Assembly (NCBI GenBank): GCA_040954595.2 | Contig: CM082592.2 | Location: 5,942,308 to 6,006,307 of the forward strand | DNA: 64,000 nucleotides | Origin: Balanoglossus misakiensis | Lineage: Eukaryota; Animalia; Hemichordata | Reading direction: 5' to 3' | In this document: one piece after another, positions 1 through 14,076 of the stretch | Numbering within the stretch: position 1 is the first letter of the stretch | Layout of the letters: each line of letters opens with the position of its first letter | The notes under the pieces: model-generated | The model's database searches: none | The model's input: the letters and a program-made list of their open reading frames with translations, nothing else | What the model was told of the DNA's origin: nothing | Translations under genes and position numbers: made by a program

Positions 1-136
1 ACAGGGTCTGTGCTTGAACCAAGTTGAACTATTCTTCTAATTATGCATGGAGTTTTTCTGTACGCCTTTTAATCATCGTTGTAGCTTGACTACATAGTGT
101 GACGTTCAACCACGTTTCTCTTTCTATTTTTTCCAG

Positions 137-1555
137 TTTGTGTAAAGGCAGTACTTTGTATTCACAAATCCATATATGGAAGGAGACTTTTCTTTTACAT
201 AAAAGTGTTCTTATTGCTACACAAATAGCACAGGTGAGTGGACACCAGTCGGTCTTGGCGTCATTTTCCTTTGCACTGTGCCCTCCAAGCGAATATGACA
301 TGTCGGTGTTGGAAGAAAAGTATTCATATTAAAGGCATAGGACAGACCCAGAAAACAGGTTACATGTGTTAAGACTCTGGTGTATGTTGTTACTTCTTTC
401 AGCATGAAGTAATCATGTACCATAAAATGGCTATTGATTAGCATATGTAAATGTGTGCATGTGCGTGTGTTCATACATGCATGTGTGTTATCAAAGTGCT
501 GACTGCGGTCTATTTCTTACAGGGTATGGGGTATCTCCATGCAAGAGGCATTGTACATAAAGATTTAAAATCCAAGAATATTTTCTTGGATTCAAGAGAC
601 AAAGCGGTCATTACAGACTTTGGCTTATTTAGTGTTACAAAATTGTGCGAAAATGACAGGTAAGTCTGAGCACTTTTCTGCCAATGAAAAAAATGACATT
701 TCCATGGTACGACCAAACACTGGCGTTTCAATTGTTGAGTTTCTATCCTATAATCTGTCAATGGCAACCAACATTTTGCCGTCTTCTTTTTTGTGTAGGG
801 GTGGCGACTGTATACGAATACCAGAAGGATGGCTGTGTTACCTAGCACCGGAGTTAATTACCTCGTTAAGGATAACGGAGCAAGGACTTGACAATGAACT
901 TCCCTTCTCAAAAGCATCTGATGTCTATGCCTATGGGTGAGTATTCCTTGTCCTTGGTCAAGGCTGTCTGTTTGAGATAACCTGTCAATTGAACATACAC
1001 TGTATACATACGTATGTAAGTACATACGTGCATCCACACACACACCTGCATTAGGTTTCTTGGTACATATTTATTCAACTGAAGTGTCCTTCTCCAACCT
1101 CTGTCAATTTCAGTACCATATGGTATGAACTTCTTGCTGGGGAGTGGACCTTCAGCAACCAGCCGGTAGAGTCCATTATCTGGAAGGTGGGAAAGGGTAT
1201 GAAGCAATCACTAGGTCATCTTCAAGCATCAAGAGATGTCAAGGTAAGTGTGAAAATGAAACGATGGATAGGTACATGGTAGAAATTTGAACGGAAAAGC
1301 TGTTGTCCATGGTGAAGAGAATACCTAACTGCTCTGTCTCAGTGTCTGGTAAACATGATTCTCCAAAAATGACAACCTGTTATTTGTTGTCACCCTGTGC
1401 AGGACATCCTCATGATGTGTTGGAGTTACAAGCCGGAGATCCGACCGACGTTCGGCGATCTGATGAAGACGTTGGACCGGCTACCAAAGAAGCGTCTCAC
1501 ACGGAGCCCCTCGCACCCTCTTCACCTGTCAAGATCGGCCGAGTCGGTTTTATGA
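137..1555 (+). CDS. KSR: Kinase suppressor of Ras (KSR1/2-type), last five coding exons; 5' part lies outside the window
   Basis: GT-AG exons 137-233, 523-659, 799-936, 1114-1243 and 1403-1555 join in frame: LCKGSTLY...[24 protein letters not shown]...ITDFGLF...[10 protein letters not shown]...SDVYAYG TIWYELL...CWSY...RPTF...[41 protein letters not shown] and the SHP.HLS.SA tail are KSR hallmarks. Confidence 0.93.
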
Positions 1556-3527
1556 TAATCACTGATAACCGCAAATCCGCTGTTGCCAGACTGAACTAGG
1601 CCACTTCCCTTTGCTTGCCAGAAACTGTGCTGTACACAGAGATAACACGGGCATTGATAATAATCAAAAGGGTGTATTAAGCAAAAAAAATTGTGTCAAT
1701 AATGGCCAGAATGAGTTACCATGGTAATCCAGGCACTTGCCTTTCGCATCTGCTGACAAACTGCAATGAAATGTACGCCAAGTTGCCCGCTTTTGATCAG
1801 GTCACAACCGCAGATCCTACCTTTAAAAGTTTCCATTCTAATTCTTGAAATAGTCGCTGAGATACAGCCATAATTTTGCTTCTCTTGTGAAGAAGCCATT
1901 GATTTTTTTTTTCAGTATTTTTCCAGACTCTGTTACCAGCATTGGGAAGTGGTCTAAGGATGAGAATATCAGAGGGGTGGGGGAAAAGTCTCAAGAAGTT
2001 TGTTTTTGTATTTACACTGCGTAGTGTGGGTAGATATAGACAGTGACACGACTTTCCAAACAGTTTCTCATAATTTGCCTCCTTAGCAGCCCAAACTCGA
2101 GCAGATAAACCACAAAACTGTGGTGTTGCCCGATATTGTCTTGTGTGAATCATGCTCTTTGCCGTTAAGTAATATCCAGCAAAGAATTTCACAGCAAAGA
2201 CAAACTCAAACCGTAAAATTCAGGTTGAATATGGAAAAAATTCAGAACACCATCCTGGGAGTATTGTACAACACCACATTTAGAATTGGTCCTCGTCTCT
2301 TGAACCCGATCACAGCTGATGTTCTGCCTAAGTTTTTCCTCCGTGTGAAATTTGGCTTGGAGAGTAAATACAAGTTAAACCATGTTCATTCTTCCACTAG
2401 ACTAATCTGCTTCTTATCACATCAAACTTTTCTCCATATCAAGAGTTTTCAAGATTTATATTGCACTTTTCCATTCATCACAAAGGAATGAGAATTTCCA
2501 CTCAACCAAAAAAAAAAAATTTGTGATGAAATTGCAAATAAATTGCTCTGTCTTCATATCACTTTCAGAATGGAACAAGACTCTCGATTGTGTTGACCCC
2601 AGCCGCCTGTCCACTGCCATTTCTGTGTCAGAAAGGAAAGTTTTTTTGATTTCTCTAGATTCAGTCTCTTTTTAAACAACTAGGATAAACTGAAACATGG
2701 AACTATAAATTCTTGAGACCTCTCCTACGCAGTGTAGATGAAAAAAAAAAGTATTGCACTACCATGTCGTATATGCACAAGATTTACTGTGAAATTTTTT
2801 GAGTTTGATATCACAAAACTCAGAAGTTCATTAACAAATGTAACAGTTTTTACAAGTTAGAGCAGAACACTAGTACACACACATGCAGAGGATTACATTA
2901 CGTAGTCATGCAAAACAGTATATAATGTTCTGTACTGTATATTTAATTATCCTTTTGTTAATTTATTGATGTGTCTGCCATGTTTCGCTGTCTCTTCTCT
3001 TATTTTTTTGCCCTCTTCTGGGAATGAGATATTTTTTACAAGTTTTTTATTTTGAGCATGTAAACTCATGAATACTTGCAGTGCACTCTTTCTATTTATT
3101 GACAAGTTGCCCTAGCAACAGTTTGCAATGCAGAGTCAATTCATATTCTTCCATTTTCTCTACTATTACTACTACTACTTACTATGTGTGTCATGTGATG
3201 TGTGGCTTCATGCTTGGGTCCATGTTTATTCAATTTTCCCAGATTCTTGGGATTTTGTTTTTCGATTTCTATATATGTACAGAGTGTTAAGGGGTTATCA
3301 ACGGAATCAAAGTGAAAATTAGACTCAAAGTAGAGATTTTTTTTTGCATCATGAATAATTGTGAACTTCACGATACAGGTGGAAACTTTGGGGTCGTGTG
3401 CAAAAGGTCAAAGGTTGTACTTCCTGATCACTCTCGGAGGATGGGGATGTCTACCCACCAACTACAAGACAGGTCGGTGCGGCAGACCATACATTTGTAT
3501 ATAGATTCGTCACACATGAACTAAACT

Positions 3528-4020
3528 TTAACTAGACATATTCGCTATTATTATACATCTAGTGCCGAGAACAATAGATTTTGGCGTGCAATAAAAAGCC
3601 GTACGGAACGGTACGTACGGAACGCGCGTTAAATAAGCCTTAGTTTCAAGGCGCCCCAAACTCACCGTGTACAGGTATGCACTGTTATGCGAACGGTTTC
3701 AAGGCGCCCGCATTCCAACGCACGTGCGCACACGTAAACAAAAAAGAAAGATGGCTGCTCACTGAGTCAACTGAGCGGTTTTCGATCGATTGTATCGGCA
3801 TTTTGGGCGTTTTGAAAGCCAAGTAACATGCAACACAAGAACTAACGGAGATGTAAGATGTATAATAATAAGGTTATTACGAAAATACCGCAAAGTATGC
3901 ACTCGGACATTAGCGCAGCGCATCGCCCTCCGCTACGCGTCGGGCGATACTCAGCGCTAATGTCCTCGTGCATACTTTGCGGTATTTTCGTAATAACCTC
4001 ATAGTACTGGGTAATATAAC
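3528..4020. mobile_element. Probable non-autonomous repeat insertion carrying a long hairpin; boundaries approximate
   Basis: CpG-rich island in AT-rich sequence downstream of the KSR stop. It has internal repeats (GTACGGAACG x2, TTTCAAGGCGCCC x2) and a long inverted repeat at 3871-3999. Confidence 0.5.
3871..3999. repeat. ~129-bp near-perfect palindrome/hairpin
   Basis: AGGTTATTACGAAAATACCGCAAAGTATGCAC (32 bp) pairs perfectly with GTGCATACTTTGCGGTATTTTCGTAATAACCT. The stem continues imperfectly to a short loop around CCGCTACGCGT. Confidence 0.95.
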
Positions 4021-5853
4021 AAGGGTATGTTATCATGATGTGCTAATCTAAAATAATTCTTCAACATTTCAACACAGAAATCATGATTCAAATCTGATGG
4101 AACATGGCATCTTCACCCTGTTTTATACAATGCTTTTTGACAGTTTTTTCCCTGCCTATTCTACATATTAGTGAGGTGACCCTTGACCTCCCGAGTGACC
4201 CTTGACCTGGGTGCTCATCCTGAGTACTTATCACTGTACAAGTACATAGCCCAACTAAAAAATCAATATTTTTTTATTTAAAGAGTGCTGATGTGAGCGA
4301 TTGCATAGATAATTTGTATATTATATGTTGCATACACCCATGCTATACATAATGTCTGTATATTCTGAGACCTGTTTTTAAAAAGCTACTTAATTATGAA
4401 AAAAAAAATTGGATGCTTCCATAAATTACTCTTCTGAAGAGATTTTCTTGTAGGAAGTTTTCGTTATAAATATTTCATTTAGTCTGTACAAAGGAATGCG
4501 AGTGACGTGAACACTCCAATTTGTAAAAGTGCTGGCTGTGAGGCAAAAATTTCAACAGCTTTTTTGTAAAAAAAAATGTGCTTTTAAATATTCACAGCGT
4601 ATGGAATGATGTCATCCAATATAAACGAATGTACAAGGATTTTTTAAGAATTGAAAGTTTACCATTTTGAGTCATTTTTATGCTTTTTAGCAATTACTGT
4701 CAATAGAAGCACAATTTTAATTCTTTTTTGAAATCGTGTTCTAATTTTTTTGAATTGCCAAGAAAGCTTTTTAAATAGCTTACCAGTTTTTATCTCTAAT
4801 ATTATTTTTTGACTTGTACATATCTTGTATATGACCCACTGCAATGTCTCTATGTGAATGGTAATATATTGTCGGGTGAGTGGAAACTAGTCTGTGTTCC
4901 GAGTCGTATTTTTCTTCCATAATCTAATTTTATTTTGCTAATTTAGACAAGAGTCATATCCTACTGAAGATTAATCCAGTTGAGCGCAGGGTGTCAGATA
5001 AAAAAAAAAAAAAAAATTTTTGCAATCGTCATAGAATTTCACTGTATTTATCTGGCCAATATTCCCATTCTAAAACACCTAAATTCACTGAAATCTACAT
5101 GTACCGTGATAAGGCATAAGAAAATAGAAAGACTATTGTATTTTTGGTGACAATACTTTCAAAATGATTGCGTAAAAAGCATCCCATGCCATTACATTGT
5201 CTAAATGGAAGCAGTTTCCCAAAGCAACATGAAAGAATTAAAATGTATTCAACTTCAGTCACTGTTGTCCAAACAGCTGTTGTTGCAAGCATGGAAGACT
5301 TACTTTTTCAATGATCAGCTTTTAATTGTGTTGCATTTATTCCACACACACATATGTTCGCTAAAAATGTCACTGAGGTAGTCCAGTAAAATATTCACAA
5401 GTCATAATAGAACCACAAATCACTTGATGGATAAAAAGTTGGCAAAAGACGAACGATATCCAAATGACTTTCTTTTCTTAGTGAAGTGTACAATAAGTGG
5501 CAGTCTTGTTACGTTTGGGACTAAAGTTTACATTTCAAAAATAAACAGAATAGAGAAACTGATCCAGGCTACACAAACTCAAAGTTCAAATTCCAGGATA
5601 TTCCAGGTTTATGTCAAAGTTTCTCCTTAACTTTCATGATTTTCAAAGTGCATACGAACCGTTTGTTCTGGTCAACCTTTTGAAGGAATCTGTAGGCAAG
5701 ATGAAGAGGCTATAAAGACCTCGGCGTTCTCCCCTTTTCAATGGTATTTAATACTACATATTAAAAGTTTCACCCACACTCTATATATATACTGCTTTGA
5801 TAGCATTTTTGGACGTATTGTGCATCAACTTTCAGACCGTTTTAAGGATCAGT

Positions 5854-8800
5854 CTACTCCTTGAAGATTGGTGGTTTGTAACCTTCTTTTGTGACTTCTG
5901 CTAAACTCTCTGCATACATTTCATGACGGCCAGTCATCTGAAATATATAAAAAAAATCACAATTCATAAACTGCAGGTTTAATGAAATTTCACTAAAGAA
6001 AGTGTCATCACAAACAAGTTCTCACAAAGTATCAACACAAATACACGCCATACTTTAATCAAAAAGATAAGCTTTTTCTGTTAAAATTTATCCATCCATA
6101 TCATTTTAGTTGACCATCGCATTTCGTCTTTGACCTGAACTTGACCTCACATGACCTTTGACATGGCCAGAGCGCGATTTACACACAACCACCTGTTAAT
6201 ATGAAGGACTTACAGTGAAGGTCCACTTGTCTTTAATCTGACGGATTAGATTCAAATCTAACTCTGTCACTAGGAGACCGTCTTGAGTGCGGCTTAAACC
6301 CTGGTAAGAAATAAAACAACTTTTCAATGACACATTCACAAAACACATGGCTAGTCCTGATAGCCAATAATAATTCATGTTTAAATGAGATCAAACACAT
6401 TTCACAAAATGATGTCAAGAGACCCTGTCTGATTATGCTGTGATGTAGTAGGATTCCTGAAACTAGGAAAATTCATCATCAAATATTTGTCAAAGCAAAA
6501 CAAAACTCACTGGTGTTCTGCTTCCATCAGGTGCTGCAATGTAGCTAGACCCTTTTGAAAGAAAACCAAAAAAATACATTTAAAACTGTATACAAACATT
6601 TTCCGACATAATTTTTGAAAATGTCATATCTATTTAATATCCGAATTTGCCATGTGGCAAGTATGATTCTCTTACTAGAAAGTATGACCTACCATAGAAT
6701 TCACCAAAGTCATGATGTGCTGTAACAAAAGACAGACAGACATCAGGTTATGAATTCAACCAATTGCGTTTGATTTTACATCTGTCCATGTCTTCAACTA
6801 GTGCTTACAGAATGGTTTAAAACCATGTTACATATATTCAAACAGCAAAATCCCATTTTTTATTCTGATCAATGATTGCTGGTAATACAAAACTACACAA
6901 ACAATATGGCCGCCAAGTACAACTTGATCGCTGAGTGACAGATGTCTTACCTTTCTTTGTATCGCCTGATGTGAATTCATTTTCGAATGTTTCCTAGTAA
7001 AACAAACAAGGTGATATTTATGAATCATAAAAATGTATTGACGTTGGACAAAATTTAGCTGAACATCCACTCCCTTTACGACAACTGTCGGTTAGAGTAC
7101 CGGTAATTCAGAACGACAGTCGGTCGGTTAGTGTGAGACTTACCGAGCCAACCCTATTGATGGCAGCAGTGAAGCAGTGATTAGCGATGGCTGCGTTGCG
7201 GGCTTCTATCGCCCACATGGGTTCGCTGAAACGAAAAGAGACACACAGGAATCACTGCTTGAGAATTTAGAGCTGGTTTACCCACCAAGAAATGGACTGT
7301 GCCCTTTTCTGTAGTACTGCTTTGGCTGGCCCCGTTACAAAAACACTGTGAAGACATTTCAGGCACTCCAAGTCAAACACAGCCAAAACCAGGGTTCCCA
7401 ATGTCTCATTGCACTCTGGTTATACAGACTGAGATCTGTGTAGTCTGAAGAAGCCATGTTTTCTTGATTAAAACATAACTTTCACACATACCTCAAAGCA
7501 CCGACAGTCGCTGATGGATTGAAGATGATTTCTGCTCCATTCAAAGCGTACATCATCCAGTTCAGTGGGTGGTGGCGACCATAACAAATATTGATAGCAA
7601 TTTTACCTGTGAAGATATTACCATAATACAGTATAGTAATTCAAATCAAAAATATGTGCAAATCTTCAGATATTCCAAATCTCGTCAACCAGTTCTGGTA
7701 ACCATGACTTCAAGTCAGGGAAGATGACTTACCAAACTGTGTTTCAAAAACCCTGTGTCCAGTATTCCCCTCCATGTAATAAGTCGACTGTAATATAAAG
7801 ATTTCATATAGTGAGTCGTGCTCAAAGTGTCTCAGCTAAGCGTTCACCTTCAAATTATGAAAAGTGTTTATTTTACAATGACATGTATTATGATGTAGGA
7901 CAATTTTACAGACGATAACCTGGACATGACAGACAACCAAATACCTTTCAGCACGATGGAGTATACAGGCTGCAATCAGTACTCCAGTATTATATAAGTG
8001 TCAAGAGTGCCCTCTATAGTTCAACAGTGGAATAACATCTTCGGTTTCTGAGACAACATTATTCTAGGTACATGTACTGGAATCTCACCTCATTGAAGTC
8101 ACCAACCCTTGGAATGTGGTTCTTTCTGCTTTTACCAATAACAGCACCGGTGTTGGAAATAACCACTGGAGAGCACAATAGTATTCGACATCCATGTAAG
8201 TACACAGATTTGAAAAACAAAACCACCAGAAAAGCAAAAAATCTTTTCAATGAACTTTACTGTTTTTCCTTTAATGGTCAGGATCTGGTAACAGAAATAA
8301 TCACCTGCAGTATTTGCCAGAACCTCTCCGTGTTCATAATCTCTCTCCAGAATTGGCGAGACAATCACCATGTTGTATCTTTTAGCAAGCTGGGAAAAAA
8401 AACACATTGATCACTTTTTTGTCAATCTTATCAATCAATCCATACACACCCACATTAATTTTGTGGATCAAATTTTGAAGCAAATGTGTGCAGGTGATTG
8501 TTCAAAAATCCATTTTCCAGTGTATAGGTATCAGGTACATCTTGTTGAAATGGTCGGTATCTGGTTCATCAACCAGACAGCAACAGTGAGGCAACAATGA
8601 ATGTTGCTCTTTCTGTACAGACAAGCCATATTACCTCTTGACAAAACTTTGTTGTCAGTCCAGTCTCTGCCGACTCAGCAAATTCACACCACGGCTGCTT
8701 CTCGCGTGTGCAGAAAGCAAAGGGCATGGCTGTGAAGTAAAAAATAAAGACACACTTGATTCTGTTTGTAGACAGCGGTGTATATAAGGGCCAGTGCCTT

Positions 8801-10302
8801 TGGGGGCCAGCCACGGTCTCCGTGTTTCAACATTTCATACCAGTTTCAGCAAATGAAGCTAAGCAAAATAATCCCTGATCTTTCAAGAATTAAGCTAAAA
8901 CTCCACTTCATTGCGGAAAGCATCACCTTAACCACTCCACTGACATTTCAGCATCAGACTCATGACATACTCACTCCATGCTTCCTGAAAGCAGACAATG
9001 TTGACATCGCACAGGGCGGCTGCCTCTACAATCTCACCAATACGCTGATGTAAGGCTTCGATCTGTAGGGGTGAAAAAATTACCCAATATATTGCGTTTA
9101 CAGGCCACCTACTGAAATGCCTACGACAGGGTGCAGACTTGTCTTGTTCACACAGAATAGCTCAACAGAAAATTGATAGAAACGGCAGGATTCTTTGAAA
9201 GCTGTATTTTGTATATCACAATAGAAACATCCAAACAACAAGGTCACTACAGCTGCACGCCATTAGAATCCAAAAACTGTCCCCCTGGAAATCACCTATT
9301 CCATTACTGTCCTCATGGCAAACACCGATCACATGTGTCTACCACTGATGATAATGAGATACACTGGAGATAAGACAGTTCAAAGTAAAACACCAAGCTA
9401 TACTTTGTGATCTTTTGGACTTTGACATAAATGTGTATATAATCAGACTTGGCAGATTTTCTCACCTGATCTAGCACTGGAGCGGTTGTTGGCAACACAA
9501 TTTTATTTTGAACCAGTCCAACTCGAACCACTCTTGGCTTCCTTAGTTGTTCCTTGCTGGCCGTCATGCGATAACCCTGAATTTCAAACTTCTTCTCCTT
9601 TGCCAACTGCACAGCTGCAGCTGGTAAATCTAATTTTCTGTTCAGTGAAAATGACACTATCACAGTTACAATTTGGACCAAATAATTATATCAACAGTTA
9701 TGTTAAAAACACCAAACATTTTTTTTCCTGGTTGAAATGGAAAGTAAAATATCTTATATGGTAATAATACATTGTATACAGCTATTTTGATGTCAAGAGT
9801 TGAAAAAAAAAGTCCAAAACCGAGAACTGTGAGTATATTAGTAGTCAGTTTCAAAACGAGGCCACTGCAAAACAATAACATGGTTCATTGATTGATTGAT
9901 GACATTGTGTATGGCTGCCCTGGGAGCGAGCGTGGACCGAGTACAGTGAAGATCATAGCTTCAATAATTGCAGCTCCCAGACAGTGGCTCCTGTAGACTG
10001 GTTGTGGAGGCGCAATAACTGTACACCCGACACCCCCAGGTAAAAGTTGTGTCCCGCCCCCACCCGCCCCGCCCCATCACCACCACTCTGCAGGGGGGGG
10101 GGGGGGCAATATTTATGAGTTTGTCAAATTAGTGTGGACGTGTCCCGTCCGCGCTTACGAGTCATCAGTTCAGAAAAACAGATTCTCATTTCGATACCTA
10201 CCCTGGCATATTACCGTACAGTATTCTCTGCACATGTTGGAGTTTGTCGGCGGGAATGTGTTCGGACAGAACGGAGTCTAAACTGTGAAATTCGTCTGCC
10301 AT
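5854..10302 (-). CDS. UPB1: Beta-ureidopropionase (beta-alanine synthase, nitrilase family), 14 coding exons, ~383 aa
   Basis: Exons 10302-10202, 9637-9466, 9062-8975, 8729-8635, 8389-8305, 8165-8089, 7787-7733, 7606-7492, 7225-7144, 6993-6951, 6719-6693, 6551-6511, 6300-6214 and 5937-5854 total 1152 nt in frame. Motifs: [48 protein letters not shown] and [12 protein letters not shown] (Glu-Lys-Cys triad). Confidence 0.97.
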
Positions 10303-10639
10303 GATGAACGTCGATTTGGCTTCTGCTTCTTATGACCTTTGACCCGAACCGCGAACACCAAAATCTCCCATCATGCCGCACTGACCCGACTTGACCCCGG
10401 ACCATCCATGTGCGTCGAGGACAAGACAGCCTTTGCTTTGGCAAGCATGTGGTCTTAATTTGGCGCTGTGGTTTTGTCTCACCAGTAAGTTAAGCAGTGT
10501 CACATCTTCGCCATTTACCAAAATAAGAAATGAAGTAGTATTGAGGACGCTTAGTTCTAGCCCCATCATCTCTGGTGTTCATCTTTTCAAGATCCTTGGA
10601 GTCGCGAAGAACAGGAAGAGCCCATCCTACAAATGCTGA
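10303..10639. promoter_or_regulatory. Putative bidirectional promoter / 5' UTR region between UPB1 and ZSWIM7
   Basis: The divergent ATGs are only ~340 bp apart, and the interval is CpG-enriched with TGACCTTTGACCC-type repeats. Confidence 0.6.
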
Positions 10640-12212
10640 ATGATGACAAGTCTTGAAATATCCGAGATTCAAAGTCAGCTTCTTTTGCAAGTTAAGGAGG
10701 TGTGTTCTGCTGAAGGTCGAACTCCTAGTGATTGTGAGTATTGTATGTTATTATTGTGAGTTTCAGAATTCACTCAAAAGGAAAAGTAAAAAAAAAAACT
10801 TCTTTTATTGCAAGGTTTATAATTTATGGCTTCTATTTCTATTTTACAGTACCAGATGATTTGATGTCAGCGTGAGTACATTGGTTTTTTTTACCACTTT
10901 TGTAACTTAGTTTAGTCGTCAGTAACCAACATTGAACTGTTGAAATAATATCAAGGCTGCTTATGACAGCTAAGAAACACACGAATTTCAATCTGTCTCC
11001 ATATCAATCTCTATTCCATCAGTAGATGTGTTTGATGAACATTAGTGGGATTCAGTGGCCTAATTTGTCTCTGATCATTTTGAGTTTTGTCAAGTGGAAC
11101 CCATTTGGATATATGTCAGCTGTGTTATTTTGCAGGTTGCATTTTGTTTTCCAAGGACCCCTGCAGCCAGCATTGGACATCTTGGATCATGACGGAGTAA
11201 CCAAAGTCACATCCTCTTCTGGCAGAACAGTTTACCAGGTGATCAAATGATTGACAGAATAATAAATTTTTTGAGGTCTGTGATTGGATGAATGGCTAGT
11301 GTAATGGTCACAGTGTGACGCTTGGTCCACTTTTGACAGCCACAGCCCTGCAAACTGAGCTTCCCATTAACTTTTGCATTCCTCTTATCCATAAATTTTG
11401 ATTTATAATGCCAGTAGATAGCAGTCACTTGAAAGTTCAGTGTATCCATTTATTACTGTTGAATATTTAACAGTACCACACATATTTTGCAGGTTGTTGG
11501 CAGCTCAAGTAAATTATACACCTGTCTTCCGTCTTCAAAGTATTGTACGTGTCCATCATATACGTTTGCAGGTAAGTCACTTTGTTCTAAGATGGTCATT
11601 AACCCCAAGACATTTTCCCAAGATCTTGTGAAAATCGAGTATTTGTGAGATTTTGCTGGTGTGTATTATAATTAAAACTGTAAATCTTATTCTTATTGTA
11701 GTGATGAAGAAGAAAGAAATTAGCATGGTGAGTGGGATCTGTTTTGTCCTTGTTTTTGTTTGTGGAAGTACATGTACTTGGTGAAAGAACATGTCAAATG
11801 TAAAGGGCCAATACGTTAATCCAAGGCCTAGGGATCAGGTGTGTCTGTGGTCGTGTATGAGGAACAAGGATGGTACAGTAACTTGTTTTCCATTGTAATC
11901 CATGAAATATACTACCACAGTAATTCCTCCAAAACATAACGGTGATAGCAACTCCTTTAATGTTGTTCCTAAAGAAAGGGGTTCACCATCAGAATCCAAG
12001 AAAATCACATTAAAACGATGACAGTTTGACCTTGCTTCATGGGACCTTTCGTCCCTCATTTACAGTGCAAGCATGTGCTGGCAATGTACCTAAGTGCTGC
12101 AATGGCCAAACATGAGGAAGTGACCATATCAGACAGCGAGATGACTAAGCTACTTCGCAACTGCTACGCTCCGAACCCAGACGAACAACAGGCATCATCT
12201 GCATCAAACTGA
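10640..12212 (+). CDS. ZSWIM7: SWIM zinc-finger protein 7 (SWS1, Shu complex), 6 exons, ~156 aa
   Basis: Exons 10640-10733, 10850-10871, 11136-11238, 11493-11571, 11702-11727 and 12066-12212 total 471 nt in frame: ...LPDDLMSALHFVFQGPLQPALDILD...SSSGRTVYQVVGSSSKLYTCLPSSKYCTCPSYTFAV...CKHVLAMYLS. SWIM motif CxC...CxH. Confidence 0.92.
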
Positions 12213-12513
12213 CCCATGCTGACATAACTACAGTGTTCTGTGTGCGACCAGGCAGCTACTGATGAAGAGATTGTGTTCAAACTAAAACCTGCGTACATTT
12301 ACAGCTTGGAATACATACACAAGTACTTCTGTGCACTTTTTTTGCGTGACATGTTGGTCTGTTATTTCCATGTGAACACCAGGTTATACCATTCACATCA
12401 TCATTGAACGTTTGTGTTACTGTATAGTAGCCTTCACTGGCATTTGATGCCCTGTCCGTTAACACAGCCTCCCAAAAAGAGATGCTTGCGCGACACATAC
12501 AACTTTTCAACAA

Positions 12514-14076
12514 TCAAACTAAACTTTCTGAACGTAGTACAGTATCAACATAGTTCATCTCAATACCGGACGAATCGCCACTTTTCAGTTTATTGACACA
12601 AGTTACGTCTTCTTTTGGCTTTTCCTTCACCATCATCAAAGACGCGTCGGCCATGTTTGTTTTTTGCCACCACTGAATGACCGACTTCGGAGAGGAGAGC
12701 TCTGGAGAGCTGTAGCTTCTGTTTCGAATCCGGAACCCTGGCGCTGGGTCAGCGTCGTCCGAGGCCGATTCTTCGTCCCACGGATCCGTCAGCAGTTTGT
12801 ATTGTCTGTCACCCATAAACAAGAGTTGGACGTAAAACGCTGTTATGTTGTACCTTCAAGAGACAGAAACCTAGAATATTATTCACGTTACACAAGAGGG
12901 GGGGGGGGGGGGGGGGGGCTAAAAACTTCAAGAAGATATTTTGTAGCCATATCACAAAATCACCATCAAACATCAAATTCAAGAATGAAATGCGCACATA
13001 TATTGTCCTTGCATCATGTTTAGACAACTTTAGTTCTGACATATCTGATTATGTATGTATCTATTTCAAAACTATAAAAATATCATTAACGGCCTTGGAT
13101 CCGATCGTAAGCTTTAATCAAGATAAAATAGGCAATCATACACATGCGTGCCTTGGGGTGTGTTGTTCACGTAAAATGTTTAAATCGAAATACCTCTGAC
13201 CCCTCTCCCATAATAACTGAAAGTTCTCTAAAGGAGAATCGAGATATGATCTTTTTGTGTATAGAAGAGTTGGGTTGTGGTAAAATGTACGTATCAGTTT
13301 TTAGAATGGTACCGTGAAGCGAAATGCAAATCCGATATACATGTTTACCTGATGGCGACAGTGGTAGACATTCCCAAAAACTGAGACAACCAGAGGCTTT
13401 TCTGGTTGTTTGTATCACTGATGACGCCAATCGAAGTTGCGATATATAACGAAAACATGATGGTCTCTGTCACGTTGGCGAAGGAAGCATAGGCTAGCAA
13501 CGCTTTGTACATGACAGGTAATCCAGGAAAGCTCTTTCCGCGGACCTCATGATCGACCGTCCGTGTCATGGGCCCGACTTCGTTCAGAACGACCATCCAC
13601 AGGAACCAGGAAATCAGTCCGCCTGGCAAAGTGGCGTAGCGAACAACCCCGGGCAAATTAGTGTCGACGGCGATCACTATGTAGTGGTAGAGGATCGAAC
13701 ACAGCGCAATTGTCAGGTACACCACGAACCAGAGCTTGGTGAACAAGATCTTGGGGCGCTTCAGAACAGCGAGTGTGAACACCCTTGCCCTCGAAGACGA
13801 CGCGAAGGTTAAGACCAGTGTCAGCACGACAATAGTTATGGACGTGAGCGGTTCTGCCGATTCCAGCGCAATCGTTGTCATCCTGTCCGCCGGCGTTAAA
13901 GTCGTTCGGTTGGCAGTGTTGAGGCAACTGGTCGTGGGACTCAAGTAAACGTACAGACAGCGGAACGCGTAGTAAAAATTCACAGTCACCAGCCCAAGAC
14001 CGAGAATAAGCAGCAAAACCAGCAGAGTAAACCACACAAAGTAACACCTGTTGGCTTTCTTTGAATGTGGAGTCAT
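12514..14076 (-). CDS. Uncharacterised multi-pass (~6 TM) membrane protein, paralog A, ~355 aa
   Basis: Exons 14076-13349 and 12853-12514 with a phase-2 intron in IR|Y. Six hydrophobic segments, a C-x10-C loop followed by an NRT sequon, and a hydrophilic tail ending ESLV*. Clearly homologous to paralogs B and C. Confidence 0.85.
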
